From positions 819,431 to 883,430 of the forward strand of contig NW_003314262.1 in the NCBI RefSeq assembly GCF_000143415.4: 64,000 nt of DNA, written 5' to 3'. The notes beneath the pieces are model-generated. The model saw nothing but the letters and a program-made list of their open reading frames with translations. It had not been told where the DNA came from and ran no database searches. Shown in pieces: positions 1 through 11,352 of this stretch. The translations under genes and the position numbers were made by a program. Position 1 is the first letter of the stretch. Each line of letters begins with the position of its first letter. Source of the DNA: Selaginella moellendorffii (Eukaryota > Plantae > Lycopodiophyta).

Positions 1-84
1 AGAGTCTGAAAGTCAGTGATATTTGTGCATTGCTGTCATAGAAATTGCAAAATCAGCAATTACAAAGGAGAGAAACGTGGAGCT
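1..84 (+). pseudogene. NUA: NUA/TPR-like gene fragment (second copy, cut by an LTR)
   Basis: Matches 14814-14912 (agagtctgaaagtcagtgatatttgtg...agaaacgtggagctt) apart from a small deletion. Confidence 0.6.
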
Positions 85-802
85 TGTTGCGAATGTGACT
101 TCGAGTATCGAAAGTTACTTGTCAGTTAATCCTTTCGGATATTCTTTCTTTACTGTCACAATGGTAGGAAGTTGGTATTACTAGACTCATTATCAATTTC
201 CCACTTGAGCTAGTTAAGAAACTTATCTAGGACTATGCACTTAAATTGGATAAATATAAAGTAGAAACCTTATATGCTTTATTTCGTTAAAGTGGAACTT
301 ATTCAGTAAAGTGGGACATTAATTAGCATGTGTCCACATGCCATTTCCTAGTACTTAATTAATATTTATTAATATTTCTATCACTTTTTTAATTTATTTT
401 TTATATTTCACAATATTATAACACAAAATCATATGAAAAGTTTTTAATTTATAAATTATAAAGCTAAAACTTCAATTTTTTATTGTTGTTATAAAAATGG
501 CATGTGGCCACACACCATAAGTGGGATAATGAAAAATTCCACTTTAACAAAATAAAGCATTTATGTGTTTCTTGCTAAGCACTTGTTAGTATTAAGAACC
601 CTTGTGATATTGAGCTTGGTCCTTTAATATTCATTAGATGATAGTTTATCATTTCTGCCAAACACTCTTGCTATCATGCCCTTGTGTTAATCTCATTTTG
701 GTCTTAAATGCTATTTATGGAAATTGTCTAAATTTGCTCATTTGGCATATCTACAAAATGTAGAAATTGTCCTGAACACAATGGTGTTCGTCCCATATAC
801 TT
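85..802 (+). mobile_element. Degenerate partial LTR of family B, inverted relative to 12655-13808
   Basis: Aligns to the reverse complement of about 13340-13802 once the insert at 274-560 is removed. Confidence 0.8.
274..560. mobile_element. MITE, 287 bp, with ~26-bp TIRs and a TTAT target-site duplication
   Basis: TIRs are atgctttatttcgttaaagtggaact and aattccactttaacaaaataaagcat. TTAT flanks both sides (270-273, 561-564). The homologous LTR near 13610 shows the empty site with a single TTAT. Confidence 0.85.
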
Positions 803-930
803 CGATACCACATGTAGCATATTTTATATCTCTCCCCTTAATCCACTTGGAAAAAGGGTAATTACTTGATGATAGAGCCCTTAGTGGTTATTTTATCCCC
901 ATTTATCCCCTAAAGTTCAAAGGATCCACA

Positions 931-2671
931 TGTAAGCGACTAAATTTTCCATTTTACTTTAGGCACTTAACCACACCTCTGACCACTTGGAGGAGTCTCA
1001 TTGACAACCTCCATAAGTCCAACTCAGGACTTGGGGCTTGCTAGCCCCGAGAATGGCATCCATGCCACTCAACCTTAGCACTTGGTCCAAGTGCTCCACG
1101 TGTCCGATCCCATGATCGACACCCCAAGGTATCACCGACGTACCGGCCCGTTACGCTAAGGCCATGCCCACTTACCTTGGTCACACTGGTGGTCCAACAC
1201 CACTTGCATCACTGTCTTGGCCCTCCAAGACTAGGCAAACCATCCATGAGTGGTCATCTCAGATCCACTCCTTAGCATCCTTAGGATGCCCACCGACAAG
1301 GGGAATAGCCTTCCCCAATATCCCTCTGTCAGTCCCCACTAAGTCCCTTTCTACCCCTGGCCGTGTTTGCCAACACTACCACTAGATCGAGACCCACAGG
1401 CCCGACCACTAAGTCCCACGGTCCTCTGGGACTTCCTCACCACACGACTGTGTCCTTGGTCACTACCCCCGAGGACTGCTCCTCTTCCTTTCCACAGTCT
1501 GGGCCTTTGGGACAACATTTCGGAACACCGTGGCCTTACGCGAGCCACCTGGGTACTCTCCTCGCCTTCTGCCCTTGGGTGCTCTAGCCATGGGCTTAGA
1601 GCGGGTTCCGTTGAGCCACACCAGGTATCCAAGTAGGTAGTGCCACCCACACTTGGACTGGGAGCATCGGCCAGTCGATCTCCCGGGGAAACTAGAGCCG
1701 GCTCTTGAACACTTCACCAAGCTACCCCGCTTGTCGGTCTGTGTTCACTCTAGTCTTGGACTTCCTAGTGGGCAGCTCATCACCCAACACTGGGTCTGGC
1801 CTTCCTGGGCCAAACTGGCCTTTCCTGGCCAAACTGGCTCCACTGCAGTCCTCCCCCTACTATACTTTTGGAGCTCACCAAACCCCCCAGGGTCTGGGAG
1901 ACGAACGCTTTGCGCTTTCACCCTCTCAGACTCGAACTCGGACTCGGACTCGGACTCGGACTCGGACTCGGTCTCGGCCTCGGCCTCGGTCTCGTTCTCG
2001 GTCCTGATCTCGGTCTCGGTCTCGGTCTCGGTCTCGACTTCGGACTCCATCTCGGACTCCATCTCGGACTCCATCTCGGTCCATCTCGGACTCCATCTCG
2101 GACTCCATCTCGAGTCCATCTCGGACTCCATCTCGGGTCCATCTTGGACTCCATTTCGGGTCCATCTCGGACTCCATTCCGGGTCCATCTCGGACTCCAT
2201 CTCAGACTCCATTTTGGGTCCATCTCGGGTCCACCTCGGACTCCATCTCGGACTCCATTTCAGGTCCATCTCGGGCTCCATCTCGGGTCCATCTCGGACT
2301 CCACTTCGGACTCCAACTCGGGTCCATCTCGGACTCCACTTTGGACTCCAACTCGGGTCCATCTCGGACTCCACTTCGGACTCCAACTCGAGTCCATCTC
2401 GGACTCCTCTTCGGACTCCAACTCGAGTCCATCTCGGACACTTCCACGTGTCATGTGTTGGTCCTTTTGGGTCCTTTTTTGGAGCCTCGCTTTTTGCTCG
2501 CTTCGTGCTCGTTCCTCGAGCACTTCTTTGGGAGTTCCACTCCCGCTCTTGACTTTTCAAGTCGGAGCTTTTGGTCCAAACATGTTACGCTCGTTTGGCT
2601 CTCGCTTCAGCCACTACCACGTGGCACCCTTTCCGGCTCCACTTTGGGGCCTAGGGATTTTGTGTCTCACA
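931..2671 (-). repeat. 3' LTR of family A
   Basis: tgtaagcgac...gtctcaca, adjacent to the PPT. Confidence 0.9.
1927..2440. repeat. Tandem array inside LTR A: (TCGGAC/TCGGTC)n hexamers, then (GGACTCCATCTC)n 12-mers
   Basis: Directly visible; variant copies at 7791-8280 and 63148-63707. Confidence 0.95.
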
Positions 2672-3894
2672 ACTCCACCACCCATAGACGAAGTTCGATG
2701 TCCTCATCGAACGGTAAACCATTTTGTAAAGTAACACTCGCATGTGTTACCATTTCCATCCTTGGCACCTAGCCAATATTTGTCAATGGTTTGACATTGA
2801 AGGCTTACCATGCCTTTTGCATATGCCTCAATGGTTTGACACCAAAGGCTCACCATGCCTTGCCTATCCTCTAAGGAGGGTAGTCTCTCCAACTTAGAGA
2901 CTGATTGGACCACATGTAGTGGTTCTCTCCTTTTATTGGTTTAGTTCTCGCTAAACCTCTTAGAGACCCTTCTCTAAGTCAATCCCACTACTCCTTCTTG
3001 AGTAGTCTCAATTTCCATCTATTGAATGTTTGCACCTTGAAACTTTTACTCTTTTGACTTTTGGAAGTCAATTTCCTAGGTGTCTCCAACACCTTGCATT
3101 GCACAGATTGTGCAACTCCACTTCCCTATCCTAGGAAGTTCATTACTTGAGGGCACCATCATCCTCTCTTCTATTTCGTGCGACCTTGGGCACTAAGTTC
3201 CATTTATCACACTTTGTGCTAGGGTTGTCCATCGCCCTATCATTTGGCTACCTTACCCCTCCCTCCCTTGGAGCTTCCACTTTCGCCAAATCGGAGCAAT
3301 TCGGAATCCACCCTTGGAAACACACTTCCTTTCCCGCAATTTGTTAGCGTCCAACACATCAGTGTTCCTCGCCTAACTTTGTCACTTGGATTCCTTCCCA
3401 GGGATTCCACGGCCCTATCTTGGCCACTCATCTTTTGCTCCTATCCGTTGATTGTTGCACCAAGCAACATCGAATCTCTACCTCCCTCCTTGAGGTATAT
3501 TTTATTTTTGATTCCATAGCAAAGGCTCTGCTTTGCCAAGACTAGGGTGTTCACCCCTAGTAAGTCTCTTTTAGCATCTTCTGTTGTGGGCTCTATCCTC
3601 GGCCCAACTTTATGACCCTCTCATGGGTCTCTTTAGAGACTACTTTCCTTGGACACACTATGCCATCGCAATGACATAGCTCATTTCCCTAAGGTGCTTT
3701 TCCCACTTGGTCACCTTGACCAAGCCACACCATCATCAATAGTTCAAATCAACACTTTGAACTAGGAACCTTATTCCTTAACCCAAACAAGGACCTTGTC
3801 CTTATTTAGTCACAAGATCACCTAGTGATCTCACCTCGGCACCTTAATAGGTTTGCCAATAGGTACTAGGTCTTCCAGACCTTTAACTTGTTAA

Positions 3895-4314
3895 CTACGA
3901 CCCCGGGGGCATCCCCCACACTTGGCGGTGCGCCCAAGCCAGCCCTTCCGGCCAAGGGTCCATAGCAACTGAGATTAGGTGTCCCCATCTCACTCACCAC
4001 GTCTTTGGTGCCACTTGCACCAAAGCATTCAAGTTAGATATGCCGAGCTTTCACACTAAGCAATCTAACCGTGCATCACGACTCCGAGGCATCCCTCGCT
4101 TGGCGGTGTGCCCAAACCAGTCTCCCCACTGAGAGTCCATGACCACCGAAATATGAGTGTCCTCATATTCCAAACCATCACCACGCCCTAGTGATTTGGG
4201 ACTCGAACCCAAGCACTAGAGGGTCGGGACTCGAACCCAACCTCCGTATATGCATCTACGGACGGCATCACACTAGATGCCTGGCGTGACTCCCCACGCC
4301 GGTGGACCAACCTA
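3895..4314 (-). ncRNA. Candidate structured RNA module: two four-way-junction units plus a five-hairpin tRNA-like unit with two T-loops/B-boxes
   Basis: Stems show compensatory changes among 3895-4003, 4076-4187 and 21723-21835. GGTTCGAGTCC occurs twice on the minus strand. G-U pairs favour the minus strand. Confidence 0.6.
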
Positions 4315-6771
4315 TTTTTAAAGCGCGCTACAGATCACAGCTTAGGAACCTAGTTCCTCCACACTGCCAAGTCCTCTCACTTCACACGTCTGTGATCATG
4401 CATGGACTCCTCCATGCTCGGCCCCATGGCCCACCCTTTTTGAAGTTATCACCTTCAACTAGCGTATTTGTTCCCCCGACATGCCAATCTCGCTTGGCAA
4501 GTCCTCCGACCACTGTAACATGGTTCCTGCATAAGCATGAAAGTCCTTGACCATCGACTTTCGTTCAAAGCCCTCTCTTTGAACACTCGGGAACTACTTC
4601 CCTAACCTTGATAGCCTTGCCTCATGGCAAGTTTCAAGACCACGCTTCTGCTGCGCCACTCTGATTTCGCGCCTTCCATGAACCATTTACACTTGGCCTT
4701 TCTAGGTACTAAGCTGCCTAGAATCGTCTTTGGGAACCTTGAAGGAACTCTGTCCCTCAGCTTGCTAAGGCCTCCCTTTTTGCAAGCCTTCCAAATGCCA
4801 CATAGTCGAACGTGGACAATTCCATATTTTAGACTCTCCATGGCATCACGGTTGCTAGCGGCAACACCCTTGAGCCCCCACTTGATTCTCCACTCCCAGC
4901 TGGCATAACCAACCTTGGTTATGCCCTTTGATTCCTATGGTTCGGTTCTATCCCCTTACTTCTTGCTTTTTGGCTTCACACCTTTCCTTTGGTCATTCTC
5001 CTCCAGACCAGGAGGATAGCTTTGCACTTTCTATCATGCCTTAGCAAGTATTCTTAGGGATGAACCTACCCAATAGCCTAGGGAGTGGTTCTTCAATCCG
5101 GGTATGCTCACCTTATAATCCAACACACTGGGATTACATTGTTGCTTATGGGCCTTTACATGCCCATCACTAGCCTTGCCAAAATTCCATTTTTGGCTTT
5201 GTCCAACTCGGGTAGACAGTCCTCTCTTGTCTCCGCAACCTTGGACATTTGAATAGCACCTTCTATCCATCATTCACTAGGGACTTAGTCCCTTGGGCTT
5301 TATCCATTGCCCTCGCGACATCAAACACCACCTTCTAGTGTTCTAGAGTGTCCGGGTGTCCCAATGATGGCTTTCTTGACAATGAGTATTTCCTTTTATG
5401 ACATTGACTTACTATATCGTAACACAAGCAACTTATCCCCCGTAAGGGTATATCCAACTTTCTTATGCTATTAAGAAGTCTTGGGTAGCTACCTTCTACC
5501 CGTTTAACCAGTTATTTTGCACCTTTTGCTTAGTTGCCTCATAGTTGTCAAGTCCTACAACTCATTGCTTGGTGCTTTCACACCTCCATCATTATCTGGG
5601 TCACCACACTCCAACTGCATGCTCTGCAGCTTAGGCTATGCTATTCCCATTTCCATTGGGATTCCTTTGGCAAGGGGTTCTCATGAACCCACCAACATAG
5701 CCTCAAGGTATCACACCTTGGCACATTTGGTGTCTCCACACCATCGGCTCCACGAGCCTACCTCTATGACATTTCCCCTTCGTGTCTAAGTCTTTGCCAA
5801 GACCAACACCGCTCTTTCTTATGCCAACCATCCGTTAGCACTGCACCATAGAGGTCACACACAACTTTATGTCAAAGTTGTTTTCTTCTGGGAACACCTT
5901 TCCCATAACTTTAGCATGGCACATTCTGCCATTGATGAGATACCCTCTGTTCTCATCCTTGGATCCTATGATCCCCCCCCATCCTTTGTGGGGTACAACA
6001 CACCTCAGTCCAAATGCTTCCATCAGTCCTTTTAGGACCATCCATTGACTCTACTTGAGTCATCCAGCAATTTTGGACTTGGTTAATCCACAGACCCGTA
6101 AGGTCCTACTTGTGAGGCACTAGCTCACTGGAATACACTTTTTGCATTCCTATCCTACTCAAAAGGACTATTTTCACAAGTGTTACTCCGACACTTGATT
6201 TTGTTCTCTGGGGGCAACCTTTGCCCCTTATGACTACTTGTCCATGTGATGAGAACACCAACTCATCCACTTAATACACCCCCAACTCCTGGGGTTGTTC
6301 CAGCATTTATTAGAGGTAGCCTCGGCTACTTTTTCAAGGACTTGAGTCCTCTTCCGTATTTGACCTCCCACGGTCATTACTTCTGGTCTCACATTCATGA
6401 GCACCAACCTCAACTATATGAGGAAAATCTTGTGACTCCTTTATTGCTTTGGAGTCTTTATCTTTCCCGTGATCCCAACTGTAGTTGTTCACCACAACTA
6501 CATTAGCCAGTTTGCTAAGTCAAACGCTCATCTGGATCACATCCTCAACTCTTTGAGGAAAACCATATACTGTTCCCAAGATCCCAAAGTCGTTCCATTA
6601 TTGGCCCTTTTCTATCCACCACCTCGTCTACAAGTTCACACATGAACTGTAATGGAGAGCCATGTCTTCCCGACTTGCTACTCCTCAAGGATAGGCCCAC
6701 TCCTCGGACCTTCCGATGCCAACACTAGTGGTGATATACTTGAGCACCAATAAAAGTCGGACTAAGGAACA

Positions 6772-6783
6772 GCTCCGATACCA
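6772..6783 (-). promoter_or_regulatory. Primer-binding site (tRNA-Met type) of element A
   Basis: TGGTATCGGAGC on the minus strand, 3 nt from the LTR end. Confidence 0.9.
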
Positions 6784-6786
6784 AAT

Positions 6787-7895
6787 TGTAAGCGACTAAA
6801 TTTTCCATTCTACTTTAGTCACTTAACCACACCTTTGACCACTTGGAGGAGTCTTATTCACAACCTCCATCAGTCCAATTCAGGACTTGGGACTTGCTAG
6901 CCCCAAGAATGGCATCCATGCCACTCAACACTTGCACCTGGTCCAAGTGCTCCACGTGTCCGGTCCCAAGACCGACACCCAAAGGTACCACTGACATCTC
7001 GGCCCATTACGCTAAGGCCAGGCCCATTCACCTTTGCTGCACTAGTGGTCCAACACCACTTGCATCACCACCTCGTCTCTCCAAGACTGGGCCATGTGTC
7101 CACGAGTGGTCATCCTAGATCCACTCCTTAGCATCCTTAGGATGCCCACAGACCTGGGGAATCGCCTTCCCCAAAGTCCCTTTGTCAGTTCCTACCAAGT
7201 CCCTTTCTGCCCCTGGCCGTGTTTGCCAACACTGCCACTGGATCGAGGCCCACAGGCCCGACCACTAAGTCCCACGGTCCTCTGGGACTTCCTCACCACA
7301 TGACTGTGTCCTTGGTCACTACCCCAGAGGACTGCTCCTCTTCCTTTCCACAGTCTGGGCCTTTGGGACAACATTTCGGAACACCGTGGCCTTACGCGAG
7401 CCACCTGGGTACTCTCCCCACCTATCGCCTTTAGATGCTCTAGCCATGGGCTTAGAGCGAGGTTCCGTTGAGCCACGCCTGGTATCCAAGTAGGTAGTGC
7501 CACCCACACTTGGACTGGGAGCATCGGCCAGTCGATCTCTCGGGGGAACTAGAGCCGGCTCTTGAACACTTCACCAAGCTACCCCGCTTGTCGGTCCGTG
7601 TTCACTCTAGTCTTGGACTTCCCAGTGGGCAGCTCATCACCCAACACTGGGTCCGGCCTTCCTGGGCCAAACTGGCCTTTCCTGGCCAAACTGGCTCCAC
7701 TGCAGTCCTCCCCCTACTATACTTTTGGAGCTCACCAAACCCCCCAGGGTCTGGGAGACAAACGCTTTGAGCTTTCACCCTCTCAGGCTCCGGACTCGGA
7801 CTCGGACTCGAACTCGGACTCGGACTCGGATTCGGATTCAGACTCGGACTCGGGCTCGGGCTCGGTCTCGGCCTCGGTCTCGGTCTCGGTCCCGA

Positions 7896-7927
<32 letters not shown>

Positions 7928-8509
7928 CCGGTCTCAGTCTCGACTTCGGACTCCATCTCGAACTCCATCTCGGACTCCATCTCGGGCTCCATCTCGGACT
8001 CCATTTCGGGTCCATCTCGGACTCCATCTCGGACTCCATTTCGGGTCCATCTCGGGTCCACCTCGGACTCCATCTCGGACTCCATCTCGGGTCCATCTCG
8101 GACTCCACTTCGGACTCCAACTCGGGTCCATCTCGGGCCCACCTCGGACTCCAACTCGGACTCCATCTCGGACTCCATCTCGAACTCCATCTCGGACTCC
8201 ACTTCGGACTCCAACTCGGGTCCATCTCGGGTCCATCTCGGACTCCACTTCGGACTCCAACTCGAGTCCATCTCGGACACTCCCACGTGTCATGTGTTGG
8301 TCCTTTTGGGTCCCTTTTTGGAGCCTCGCCTTTTGCTCGCTTCGTGCTCGTTCCTCGAGCACTTCGTTGGGAGTTCCACTCCCGCTTTTGACTTTTCAAG
8401 TCAGAGCTTTTGGTCCAAACGTGTTACACTCGTTTGGCTCTCGCTTCGGCCACTACCATGTGGCGCCCTTCCAGCTCCACTTTGGGGCCTAGGGATTTTG
8501 CGTCTCACA
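6787..8509 (-). repeat. 5' LTR of family A
   Basis: Direct repeat of 931-2671, adjacent to the PBS. Confidence 0.9.
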
Positions 8510-9475
8510 TCCAGCAAGCCAAACTAATGGTGCAGCAGCTAGGCGAACCAAGGACTATAGAATTTGTTCAAGGTAGCCAAAGCACTTATGAGGTACTTCG
8601 ACAAGCGAGAGTCGAAGTGGGGACTTGGAAGGTGGATATGGATTTCACCGTGTTGGACATAGCGGGATTTGAAACCTTGTGGTACTGGCGAATGCCCAAG
8701 GAAGAAGATCTAGGGTGGAGGCCCAGGATCTAAAGGTAGGGCAAAGCAAGGCCAAAGATTCCTGCTTAAACCTGGTGTCCACGAGAGGATAACTCACTAA
8801 AGGAACCAAGGTAGCATTTCTGTGCTTACTCTCGGTGAAGAGTGACAAAAAGACAGGAACGGAAGAAGTACCTTTAGTGATCTAGTGGGTGTTGGACCAA
8901 TTCCAGGATACCATGCCGGAGGAGCTACCGGCAGGGTTGCCCCCCGCACGACCAATAGAACATAAGATTGAGCTGGTCGAGCGTGCTGAGGCGGTGGTTC
9001 GTCCCCCCCCTATCGTTTGAACAAAAAAGAACTCAAGGAGCTCAAGTGCCAACTATAGGAGTTGGTGGACAAAGGGTATGTTAGGTTGAGCAAGTCGCTG
9101 TACGGGGCGTCGGTGTTATTTGTGAAAAAGAAAGATGGATCTATGCGCATGTGCATAGACTACCGGTTGCTCAACAAGTATACAAAGAAGAACAAGTACC
9201 CTTTGCCAAGGATTGAGGATCTATTCGATAGGTTGGGAAAGGCAAAATACTTCTCAAGGATTGACCTAAGGTCAGGATACTACCAGATCAGGGTAGCCGA
9301 GGAAGATGTCGAGAAGACAACCTGTCGAACGAGGTATGGGAGCTTTGAGTTTCTGGTGATGCCCTTCGGGCTATGTAATGCGCTGGCAACATTTTCGGCA
9401 CTGATGAACCACATCTTTGTACCCTATCTGGATCACTTTGTGGTCGTCTATATCGACGACATCCTGATCTATAGC
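8510..9475 (+). pseudogene. Ty3/gypsy pol fragment: end of protease, linker and N-terminal half of RT
   Basis: [51 protein letters not shown]; stops and frameshifts upstream. Confidence 0.92.
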
Positions 9476-9945
9476 CTAGGGGCTTGGGCCTTCCCTTCAG
9501 GATGGAAGTGGGGGGGTAGAGGTACCCATACCGGGCCATTAGGCCACGGTGTTTCGCCCTGATGTCCCGAAGCAAGTGTTGCACCCAAGGCTTGGGATTT
9601 AGAGGGTCCCATGATCAAGTCTTGTTGTACCGGGGTGTTAGGAACCTAGAGGCTTGGTGTGCTTGGCTGCTTGTGCCTACGGGGAGTGTAGCCGAACCTT
9701 AAGTCCAGTCTAACCCGGGGAGGGGGATTGGGAGAGATTTGGGAATCCGTGGATGGAAGGCTAACTCTCTGTTGCTTGTGCAGTGAGTAGCTGAAACCAA
9801 GTAGGACCAAGTAGGAGCTGGTAAAATAGGCGAGAACCTTGGTGAGAGAACTTAGCACAAGCCAAGGCAGTGTTGGTTGGATAGACGAGGTAAGCTGGCA
9901 AATTGGAAAAGAAAAATTTGTGGTTTACAATTTGGTATCGGAGCC
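9476..9945 (+). mobile_element. 3' half of LTR family C plus PBS
   Basis: Reverse complement of about 29619-30075. Ends ...tttaca at 9929, then TGGTATCGGAGCC at 9933-9945. Confidence 0.88.
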
Positions 9946-9988
9946 TCTTCCTCAATTCTAGCGAAGGATAGAGGCAGATTGCTAGGAG

Positions 9989-10547
9989 ATGGCAAGGGCA
10001 GGACGTAAGCGAACCCAGGCGGAGACGGAACCTCCTCCAGAGCTGGAGCCTCCGGTCAAACAAGAGCCTATGGATGAGGAATCCTTGCATGAGGAGGACT
10101 CCAGTGAGGCAACTTCCAAACAGGAGTCTGGTGGTGAGGTTCGGTCATCCAAGGCTCGATTGGATGTTTTAGAAGGACAATTGGCACAAACCAATGCCCT
10201 GCTAGAGACTCTTGTACTCAAGTTAAAGCGTGACAAGAAGCGGAAGAAAAAGCGAAAGACTACAGATACTGGCAGCGTAGAGGGTGTGGACCCTTTGGTA
10301 GGGACTGAGGAAGAACCAAACAAGGTCGAACAGACCGAAGTGGAATCAATCCCTCAGGCAGTTCCCAAGTACAAACCAAAGCCCCCACCGGTCTTCAAGG
10401 GAGTGAATGACTATAAGGTGGTGGAGGATTGGTTTTATGATATGGAGGACTACTTCTGAGTGTTGCGGTTACCAAGCTCGGAGAAGGTCCCATGTGCAAA
10501 ACCATACTTGGCAAATAATGCCAAGTCTTGGTGGAGAACGATGAACA
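9989..10547 (+). pseudogene. Truncated gag of family C
   Basis: Follows the PBS. PPPVFKG...VEDWFYDMEDYF*...AKSWWR resembles a retrotransposon gag; one in-frame stop. Confidence 0.8.
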
Positions 10548-11352
10548 ACTCTAACAGCCTAGAGGAGCATGCCGAATACTTGGCAAAGGTGTTTGAGAAA
10601 CTAAGGAACACAAACTGTATGCTAAAGAGAGTAAATATAACTTTGCTCAACAAGAGGTAAAGTTTCTCGAGCATGTGGTGGGCCAGGACGGGCTCAAGGT
10701 GGACCCGGAGAAGGTCCAAGTGATCCAGGAATGGGAGCGACCATCGAATGTACATGAGTTGAGGGCATTCTTAGGGCTATGCAACTACTATCGAAAGTTT
10801 ATCAGACATTATTCGAGAGTAGCCCTGCCCTTAATGGACCAAACAGGAAAAGGGAAGATGGTATGGACAGCAGAATGCAAGGCGGCATTCGTCCACCTCA
10901 AAGGGAAGTTGAGGAAGGCTCCCGTGTTGGCATTACCAGACTTTGGTAAGGATTTTGAGGTAGAAACAGATGCTTTGGACTTTGCATTGGGCGCAATTTT
11001 GAAGCAAGACAACCATCCAGTAGCGTTCTTCTCAAAGAAGTTGGACAAAGCTCAAAGGAAGTGGCCTGCCCACGAGAAGGAACTGTTTGCGGTGGTCAAG
11101 GTGCTTAAGAAGTGGCGACACTACCTTGGGAGACACTTCAAGGTTTACACGGATAATGTGGCAACGAAACACTTCTTATCACAGCCCAACCTAAGAGGGA
11201 AACAGGGTCGGTGGGCCAATGCCTTGGCCGAGTTTGATTGCGAAATCCTATACAAGCCTGGGAAGAGCAACATCGTGGCAGATGCGCTAAGTCGAAAAGT
11301 GAGCTTGAAGTTGGCGATATCCAGTGCGACAGCAACCTTTTGGGACATATGA
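10548..11352 (+). pseudogene. Ty3/gypsy RT C-terminal half and RNase H
   Basis: SLEEHAEYL, FLGLCNYYRKFI, VETDALDFALGA, EKELFAVV, YTDN, PGKSNIVADALSR. Confidence 0.92.

Larger units (their letters stand above)
931..8509 (-). mobile_element. Non-autonomous gypsy-type LTR retrotransposon, family A (two ~1.7-kb LTRs, 4.1-kb internal region with no intact pol)
   Basis: Direct TG...CA repeats at 931-2671 and 6787-8509. Met-type PBS at 6772-6783 and PPT (gggtggtggagt) at 2672-2683, both on the minus strand. No TSD. Confidence 0.9.

Noticed and set aside
803-930. PBS-like cgatacca followed by tgtagc
   Set aside because: It may be another LTR junction, but it is too short and has no second copy to confirm it.
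1927-2440. CRISPR-like regularity
   Set aside because: There are no unique spacers; this is a simple tandem repeat in eukaryotic DNA.
1653-2772. Long overlapping ORFs in many frames (also 7562-8527 and 62911-63986)
   Set aside because: They arise from a tandem repeat that lacks stop codons, and frames are not conserved between LTR copies.
3895-4187. Hammerhead ribozyme (retrozyme)
   Set aside because: I saw no CUGANGA...GAAA core.
4196-4314. Genuine tRNA gene
   Set aside because: There is no 7-nt anticodon loop or clear acceptor stem, and the T arm is duplicated. It is kept only as tRNA-like.
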